Shown here piece by piece: positions 55,115-64,000 of a stretch of 64,000 nt of DNA. The DNA comes from Eledone cirrhosa (Eukaryota): NCBI GenBank assembly GCA_964016885.1, contig OZ024740.1, positions 56,048,001 to 56,112,000 of the forward strand, written 5' to 3'. Each line of letters opens with the position of its first letter. Within the stretch, counting starts at the first letter, position 1. The notes beneath the pieces are model-generated. The model did not search any database, was not told where the DNA came from, and saw only the letters and a list, made by a program, of their open reading frames with translations. The translations under genes were made by a program, and so were the position numbers.

Positions 55115-55301
55115 TAGATGACGGCAGTATCGGTAGAGGGTTGGACGCCATGCTTTGACGCATAGAGTTATGGCCCTTGCCATTCTGAGTTCAAATCCCG
55201 CCGAGGTTAACTTTGCCTTTCATCCTTACTCGATCGATAAAATAAAGTACCAGTAATGCACTAGGTAATTGCTGGCCTTGTGCCAAAAGTAGAAACAATT
55301 A
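55115..55301 (+). mobile_element. tRNA-derived SINE
   Basis: Same family as 17924 and 42040. Confidence 0.85.
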
Positions 55302-55739
55302 TAACGCAATTTAAATATTCTGAATATACATAAACTTATACTTATTTTCCATCATCCTACTTGTTCTGTTGCGTTCTTTTATGTTATGTTGTTTTCTTTT
55401 ATTCAAAACATATAACATTATATATTTTCGCTTATAAGAACTGTTTTCTTCCACTAATAATTGTGTATGTAACACATGAAACATTGAAATCACGACATAG
55501 TCTCATATTGATAATTCTATTAATATCTGGTCATATATATATTGTTTCCAGTAAACTGAGATATTTAACCGTATACATATTTTAATGAAGTTCTACCTCA
55601 CGATATCGAGAACTGTCATATATCAATACGATGTGCCATTGTAGTTGTTACAAAACATTTAATAGTTAACTTTTTCTTTGTGAGGTAAAACACAATTGTA
55701 TGTGTGAGTGGGGGGAGGAGTATTTAGGTCTATATATGT

Positions 55740-56219
<480 letters not shown>

Positions 56220-56266
56220 ATATATATATGTATGTATGAATGTATGTATGTATATATATATAAGTG

Positions 56267-56303
<37 letters not shown>

Positions 56304-57971
56304 TATTTTCGAGGGCGGTTCTTCAGTAAGAAGACATTGCAAAAGAAGTGGACTATGTAAACATTAATTTTTTCATTGTAATTTATCATGAACCTTGAGT
56401 TTGATTACTTGTTCACCTATTTTACCAGCCTTTTTTAAAAATAAGGTACCATTTGTTTGATATGTTATTCTGAATGTTATTTTCCTTCAAACGCAAGAGC
56501 TGTGACGTGTACCAAAATCTCAGCAGTGAGCCATCATGATTACCACCACTGTTAATAATTCACAAAGGTTAATAACATTATCCATTCTAAAATGTGATTG
56601 ATGCCAGGCACAAATCTTACAAAAGTGGAAAAATCATTCACTGCTCAGTATTTATTTTCAAAATTATTTATCTAATCTACTGTCGTTGAGATAGTATATC
56701 GAGAACTTTTATCAAGAATTGTATCACTTATGTTTCAAGCAAGCAATTTTGACGCATATTTCTCGTAACCTCCAATATCATAGTTTCACACCTGATATTT
56801 AGTTAAAAATCTATCATCTGTACATTGCCAAAGTTCGTAATTGTGAACTTTTTTCTGAGCCTTTCTCTTTGTTAGTATCTAATTGTATAAATAGAAAGAA
56901 CCAATGAGCTTCTTGAATGTACTAAAATGCTGCTTCGGGTTAAAAGTAAAACTGAAATAAGATAATCACAATTGTCTCTAGTTAATCAATTAAGCCTGAG
57001 GTTGGTGATTTCTTCTCACCATACTGATGCATTCACGAACCACATCAACAAAGATAGGAAAACTTGCAAACCATCTGAAAATGTGGCTAATTGCTTTGAG
57101 AATGATAATTTAAAGAGAGAAAATTGAAATAATACATAACAGAAGAAACAAAGCGAAAAAGAAGTCTCATACGAACAATAAGAAGTAAAATAAAATTAAG
57201 TTATAGGGTAGAGTAAGTTTTAAAAGTATATGATGTATATAGAATAATAAAAACATTGTGGAACATTGAAATGCACCACCTGCAAGAAAAGATTCAGTAA
57301 ATGTGATAAGTCCCATACTAATTGCCTCCTTTTCAAAGTATTTGAAGTAAATAGTGGTTTATTTGACTAAGCAAAAACAAATGATCGGTAATGCAAGGGA
57401 GATTTTCTTCTTCCGTCAACATAACAGGATATGATGACGAATTCGTCACTCATCAGTTAATTATAGGATTTAAGGTGTGACATTGTTCCATCATAATGTC
57501 TTTCAAAGATAACGATACCTGAGATCGCTCCTCCTCTCAGAAGGGATACTGTGTTTGTTGGGGTTTACAATTAGCCACAAACAGCTCTAAAATGATACAT
57601 TCGGGATTTTTCGGTTGTAGTCACACTGCTTGAAGAAACCGAGTAGATATCAGCCGTTTAAATCGACCTCCCTCATTCATTAGTATTTTAATTTATCGAT
57701 CCCGGAAGGATTAATGACAAAATTGATCTCGGTGGGGTTTGAACCTAAAACGCTAAGAAGTGGATTTAAATCCAGCAAGTGAACGCTTTAATGTTCCTGC
57801 TATCCACTGACACAAATTAATATGGAATATGTTCATGTTAATCTCCCTGGCAGGAGTTTTGACTTCAACTGGAATTCGGAAATACATCCTACTTTATTAC
57901 CTCCCCTTTTCATGTCATGATTCGAACATTTCCATTTCATTTTATTTTATTTAATTATATATTATTGATTA

Positions 57972-58073
57972 ATTGAGGTTAACTTTGCCTTTCATCCTTA
58001 TGGGGTCGATAAAATAAAGTACCAGTAATACACTGAGATAATTGCTGGCCTTGTGCCAAAAGTAGAAACAATT
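57972..58073 (+). mobile_element. 5'-truncated SINE followed by a (TTG/TTA)-rich low-complexity tract
   Basis: Core and 3' tail of the SINE family. Confidence 0.8.
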
Positions 58074-58419
58074 ATCTATTATTGATTAATATTGTTATTG
58101 TTGTTGTTATTGCTGGTGTTAGTGGTGTTGTTGTTATTGTTGTTGTCATTGTTGTTATTAATGCTAGTGTTAATGGTGTTGTTATTATTGTTGTCATTGT
58201 TGTTATTAATGCTGGTGTTAGTGGTGTTGTTATTGTTATTGTTATTGCTGTTATCGTTGTTTTTGTTGTTGGTACTATTGCTGAATTCACTAGCTTCAAC
58301 TTGAAAAATGACCGAAACACCCGACACTATAAAACTGGCAAACTATTTTCTTCAGGAACATATGATGATGGGGACAGCACATCTATCTATATATCTAGGG
58401 CGGGTAAAATTACTGAGAT

Positions 58420-58650
58420 CCATGGACGAGTTTTCTCCATCGGTCTCTGTCCCTCATCATCGCTGCCATGCCCTGTGTCTCCAAGAGACCAGTGTCTGTC
58501 CTTAGGGCATCAACATATGTCAACCTCGGTCTTCCTCTTCCAGTGTGTCCATGCAGGGGCTCCCACAGGAGTACTGAGTGTAATGTCAACTCTGGATGTC
58601 GGTGAGCATGTCCAGCTAACGTCAGTCTCCTCTGTGCAACTCTCGAGTTG
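58420..58650 (-). pseudogene. 3' fragment of an RTE-like LINE
   Basis: Minus-strand LAGHAHRHPEL..WEP.HG..GRGRPRLTYVD-like frame. Confidence 0.55.
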
Positions 58651-59324
58651 ACTTTTAGGTTATCAAATATGGATGCATTGTTTCGTAATATTTAGTTAGA
58701 TTTTCTTGATTTCTTTTGTTTTGGGTTTTATATATTTATCTTTCAAGTTATGCTGGTTCATATATTTTGGTCTTTCTTTCATTAGTTTTTTCTGCAGCTT
58801 GTAAGCGTTTTTTGTTTCTTGTTCACTAATGAAATTGCATTGTTAATACTGCAAGCAACATCACTAAAACTGTAACAGCAAGCGGTGCCCAGACCGGAAA
58901 TTATGTCCCATTTATCTATGAAACTTGACTGTAGTTATCGTAATTTCAATTTCTACCCCACAATGGCCTTCACTTGATTCACTGCTACACTATTAGAATC
59001 TTATAAGGAATTAGAATAAATATGAATCGATATATTAATTTCATTAGGAGGCGTGATTTGAGTGTCAACATTTCCTTGAAAACACTGTTTGTTTGGAAAT
59101 AACTTTATATTGAAGATTTAGACAATGGTTTCATTAGTAGTGGGGGTGCTATTTAATCCACCCTCTCCTATTCCAAATAAATGTATTCTTGCTACTCCTG
59201 TCATTGTTTTTTTTTTTTTGCTTTTTTGCTTTTTTTTTGCTTGTTTTTATTTTCGTGCAGCAAACAAGGTATTTTTATGTTCATTCACTCGACTAAACAG
59301 TAACACTAATAATGATAATAATAA

Positions 59325-60487
59325 TTTATTTATTGGCCTCTAGGGTCTACATGTAGGGCACAATAAAAGATAGGGACAGTGCTGGATTACAATAAAATCG
59401 AGTAAAACAATTTAACAAAAACAATTAACAATAAAATTACAACAATAAAATTTCCAAATATGGGGAGGACCACCCAGAGACGACTCAGGTACCACTCCAA
59501 TTCTGAACCACCCAACGCTTCGAGAGCACCCCTCTTCTCAAATTAACCAGCCTACTGGCGCATTTTAGCAAATGTGCTGGTGGGCAGCTCTTCTCTCTCC
59601 ACCCTCAACTTCCTTTCCAAGTGAAACTTGTAAACATTGATGAGGGATTGGCCAAAGAGAAATGTGTGTACTTTCAATCTTTTCTACCTGGTCCACCACA
59701 AAACTTCTTTCGCTACCGCCGCCAAACATAGCAAAACTGCCTGCCCTTCTCGGCCAAAAAAGGCCGCGGGCGATTTTCACTATGGACTTGGTTGACAGCC
59801 GGATCCGTCCTATATGCAACAACAGTTCGGCATAAATCTACAAGTCAGTAATACACGAACAGTGTCGAGTGCGTGCATAACGCTTTCGTCGCTCTGCGCG
59901 CATCTTGGACAGGTCCGTCTGGCAGCACTCCGGTGGCTGTAGAATTTATCTCAAACCGGCAGTGCTCCCCCCCCCCTCTCCCGCGGGTAGCACTACCAAG
60001 TGACGGATTTCGGGAAGTTATCCATAGTCCTCGGCACGAAAGTTCTCCGGAATAGAGTGGTCAGTTCGACTTCGTCTACGCCTAGAGCCTCTCCGAGTAC
60101 GTTATAACACTTGCCCACCACTAATCATCCATAGAACTCGAGAGTGGAAGTTCCACTGAGTGAATTGCCCACTCGGTAGAGCGCAGTGAGTGCCTGGCAA
60201 CATTGCAGATGACAGGCGCCCAGTCTCGGTCTCTTCTTGATGCAGGACTGCAGCTCAGTCAAAGATATGTGCTACGGGAAGGCCTGACTCACAAAAGGCG
60301 TCCACACCTGTTCATCGTTTAGGCAGTATACCGGAAGATGCCGCAGTCTCAGCGTATCTTTCCGCATAATTAGCCACAGCATGCCTAGCCCTCCGCGTAG
60401 AGGGTGGTGGCAGCAAATGGACCGCCTCACCAACGGAACCTGTCCCCTCCACAAGAAGTTGAAGAGAAACCGTTCCAAATTGGTGAT
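59325..60487 (-). pseudogene. 3' fragment of an L1/Tx1-type LINE
   Basis: LERFLFNFLWRG..VRRSICCHHPLRGGLGM is typical of the post-RT region of L1/Tx1 elements. Confidence 0.7.
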
Positions 60488-60494
60488 AATAATA

Positions 60495-60848
60495 ATAATT
60501 GTTTCTACTTTTGGCACAAGGCCAGCAATGACTCAGTACATTACTGGTACTTTATTTTATCGACTCCGTAAGGATGACGGGATTTGAACTCAGACCGTAA
60601 TGGGACGTAACTATGCTGGAACGCATGGCGTCCGACTCTCTACCGATACTGCCAATCCACCACCCTAATAATTGTTTCTACTTTTGGCACAAGGCCAGCA
60701 ATTACCCAGTGTATTACTTGTACTTTATTTTATCGACCCCGTAAGGATGAAAGGCAACGTTAACCTCGGTGGGATTTGCACTTGAACCATAAAGGACCGT
60801 AACTCTTTGCTACAAAGTATGGCGTCCGACCCTCTACCGCTACAGCCA
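60495..60848 (-). mobile_element. Two tandem tRNA-derived SINEs
   Basis: Reverse complements of the SINE family at 60495-60665 and 60668-60848. Confidence 0.85.
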
Positions 60849-61942
60849 AGAAGAAGAAGAAGAAGAAGAAGAAGAAGAAGAAGAAGAAGAAGAAGAATGT
60901 TAATAATTATTATTGTTGCTGGTGTTGACTTTTGTTGTTGCTGCTGGTGGTGGTGGTGGTGGTGGTTGCGATGGTGATGATGTTGATGATAAAGATGTTA
61001 ATGATGATGAGGAAGCGGAGGAGGAGGTGGAGGAGAAAGAGGAGGGTGGATAGATTTCTTTGCTTTTCCAAGATTATATTCAACAATAAAAATAAATAAA
61101 TAGACATATAAAAATTGGTAAATTCAAGAAAGCAAGGAGATGAGAAAGTCAGCAATCAAATATTCATGGCAGCCAGCTAATGAGTGGAAACGAAGAGTGT
61201 AAAGATATAGGTTGATAAGCATCAAAGTATAGGAAGGAAAGAAAGAAAGAGATATTGTGAGATATACAGAGAGCAAGGGAGAGATAGATAAAGAGAGCGC
61301 GGGGGAAGAGAATGAACAAGCCGCAGGCTAATGTCAATTCCATTCTGTTTAGTCTTCTTTATGATCTCATAGTTTTGTAGCTTCTCGACACTTTTCTGTT
61401 GGTCCTCCACGTCGTTATTATACAGAAAGCGGATTATGTTCCTTCTTGTTAGCACTTCAGATCGATTAAACAACATCGTTTCAGACATATAAGAACGGAG
61501 TTCATAAACCCAAGTCCTCGGTGTTTTTAGAACTTATCTTAGCCGTTGTAAATTGTCAGCGACAAAAGTAATAAAGGCAACGCATTTGAAATTGTCTATT
61601 TGACTTATACCATTTACTTTTACAATGCTAATGTACTAGATTTGCGTATGTCCCTGCAATAGAGATGGCTGAGAGCGTGTAGGTGTATGAAGGCGTATGT
61701 ATGCGTATGCAGGTGAAACACAGAGAAAGAAATAGAAAAAGAGAATGGATGAGAGTGATTAAGTAAGAAAGGGAAAGAATGGAAGCGAGCGTATGTTTCT
61801 ATGAATAAAAGTGGCATATATTGACTATATATATATATGAACAGATTTACTAAATAAGACATAACACGTTATGAGATAGCTTTTAGTGCCACTTACTCCG
61901 CTTACACACACACACATTTGTACATTTAATTATATATATATT

Positions 61943-64000
61943 TCGTTTCTGAATTTGTTTAGCAAGATTCTTTATCTGAAAACGTGTGCTGAAACCGATA
62001 TTGTTATACTTTGAGAGGGTCATGTTGCCAATAAGAAACACACGCACCAGTTGCTTTCACTTCAATTTATTATAATAAATTTATAAATTTAGGAATTTAT
62101 AAATTTCCGGTTGGTTGGTTGGTTCCACAACCAGACAATTGTTCATATATTGTCAACGTTCTTTCGTCACACATTCTGGACCTCTTCAGTGACTGGGGTT
62201 CTTTTCTTTGTTTTTTGTGCCTCTCCTTTGTTCTGTCCTACACCATCTTGTTTTTGTGTGTGTGTTGTGTGCTTAGTTTGCGCATGTGTTACATCCGGGT
62301 GTCTGTGTGTGTTTATATTCGTTTATTTATTTGTTTATTTACATGTTACTGGTTGGTTGTTTGTTCTATGTGCGTGTGTGTTTTCATTTTGTCCTTAATT
62401 GTAAGTTGTGATGTTGCTGTTCCGCTCATGTTTTCTATTTAATTTTGGTTGTAATTCATTTATGTTTATTGCCTCTGTGATTTGTCTAAACATTGCGTCT
62501 TTTCTGTGTGTAGATTCTATTTTTATTTCTATGTTCTCTAATTTGCCCTTATGTTCTATTTTAGCATGTTGATGGAGTACAGATGATTCTTTACTATCTT
62601 GAAGGTCTCGCCAGTGTTCATTTATCCGTTCCCCTATACTACAAGTTGTCTCACCTATGTACACTATATTTTTATCTCTACATTGTCCTTCAGTACATTT
62701 TATGCTATATACTACATTTCTAGTTTTACAATTAATATGGGGGCTTAATTTACAGATTATACATTTCTTATCTATGCAGGGAGGTCTTTGAAAAGAGTAT
62801 GTCTTGCAAATAAGTGTTTTTATGGAGGTACCTGGTCTTTCTACTATCTTAATATTGAGGTTATGTTTATCTAGGGCCCTTCTAAATTTGTAAGCTAATT
62901 CACCTCTAGGGGTTGTATCGATGAACATTACACTCTGGTATTTATTGTTATCATACCATGAGTTTATTCTATTAGCCTTATTCCTAGTTCTTTCTATTCT
63001 ATTCCAAAATTTGCTCCTATACAAGGGGAAGGTCCCATTTGTGTCATTATTTACCATTTTTTCCCATTTGGTTCTGGCTCCTCTATACACTCTGTTTTAT
63101 CTCTCTGATTGTAGCCAGAGAACTGCTTACGGTGGATGAAGTGTTGTATGTGTCTCTCTAGTTCGTCGGGGTTGCACATGCGGGACACGTTTCTCATCAC
63201 CCGTACCAAATCCGCAATCAGTATGTTCATTTTGGTATGGTCCGAAACAGCTGAGTTTCGGTGGATCAGATATTTGGAAGTCATGGGTTTGGCATAATGG
63301 GAATGGAGGATTTGTTTTTTGTTATTAATGGTATCTAACCAGAGCTCTGTGTCTAGTACAGGTAATCGATGGTTGGGGTGTTTGCTTGGGTAGTCTATAG
63401 TAACTCTAATACTCTGGTGGATGGTGTTAGCTATTTGCTTGATGCTTTCCGTTATGTTTTTCTCTAATTCCTGACTGTTCTCTAGTGGGGTGTTTTAACT
63501 ACGATGTTTATATCATCAACGTAGCGTGAGTACATTATTAGGGTTAAGGGGTCTTCTAATTGTTCTTCAAGTTTAAGTTTAAGTCTACTGTCCCACCATA
63601 CCATGAATAAGTTTGGCTATGTCGCCTGCAATACTAACACCAATGGCTGGTCCCTCCTCTTTGGCATATGTTTTTCCATTAAATTTGAACAGATGTTCCT
63701 TAAGGGTTAGTTTTATGCTGGCCCCCACCGCATGTGCAATCATTTTCTTTAGTTCATCGTGGTTTTCGGGGGTCCGTATGGCTCTGGTCCACCCGTTCCA
63801 TCTATCTGTGTGGGTTTTCTTGGCCATTGAGGTAATGGTAGGTGGTCTGCCTCTTGCTGGTCTTGTAGGGCACAGGTTGCTAAGGTCATATGTGTCTAGA
63901 TAATTATTACTATAAGTATAATTATTACTATAGGTAAGTTTAAGTAGGAGTCCCAGCTCACTGGTATCAATCCCACAGAATTCAACATTGCTCTCACTGA
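61943..64000 (-). mobile_element. Decayed Penelope-like element (subfamily A2), runs off the window end; HHR-like motif at about 62152-62193
   Basis: Close homolog of 12250-14270; intact C-terminal GIY-YIG frame 62395-63090, frameshifted RT. Confidence 0.92.

Overview
AT-rich eukaryotic (animal) genomic DNA, saturated with (TA)n/(CA)n/(GA)n microsatellites and Nin/Deu-core tRNA-derived SINEs. This combination suggests a cephalopod such as Octopus (inference). Nearly all short ORFs in the track are microsatellite artefacts. The window is dominated by Penelope-like retroelements (PLEs) of at least three families inserted into (TA)n tracts. They include a very young RT+GIY-YIG copy with a 1155-bp inverted arm (44998-48808), a near full-length Naiad-type element (5168-8597), several decayed copies and about ten short fold-back 3'-end remnants. 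Many carry recognisable minimal hammerhead ribozyme (HHR) motifs. There are also decayed LINEs, a non-autonomous Helitron, small MITEs and one probable host terminal exon (20663-20894, minus). Top candidate novelty: a non-coding, terminally redundant 0.5-0.64 kb repeat family (about 10.9, 33.5/34.0 and 50.2/50.9 kb). It contains all three hammerhead core strands with covarying helices, but in an order that is not a type I/II/III circular permutation, plus a kink-turn. Also present are a 339-bp HHR retrozyme-like monomer with an octamer motif and a 163-bp HHR-like tandem array. All RNA structures were read by eye and are untested.
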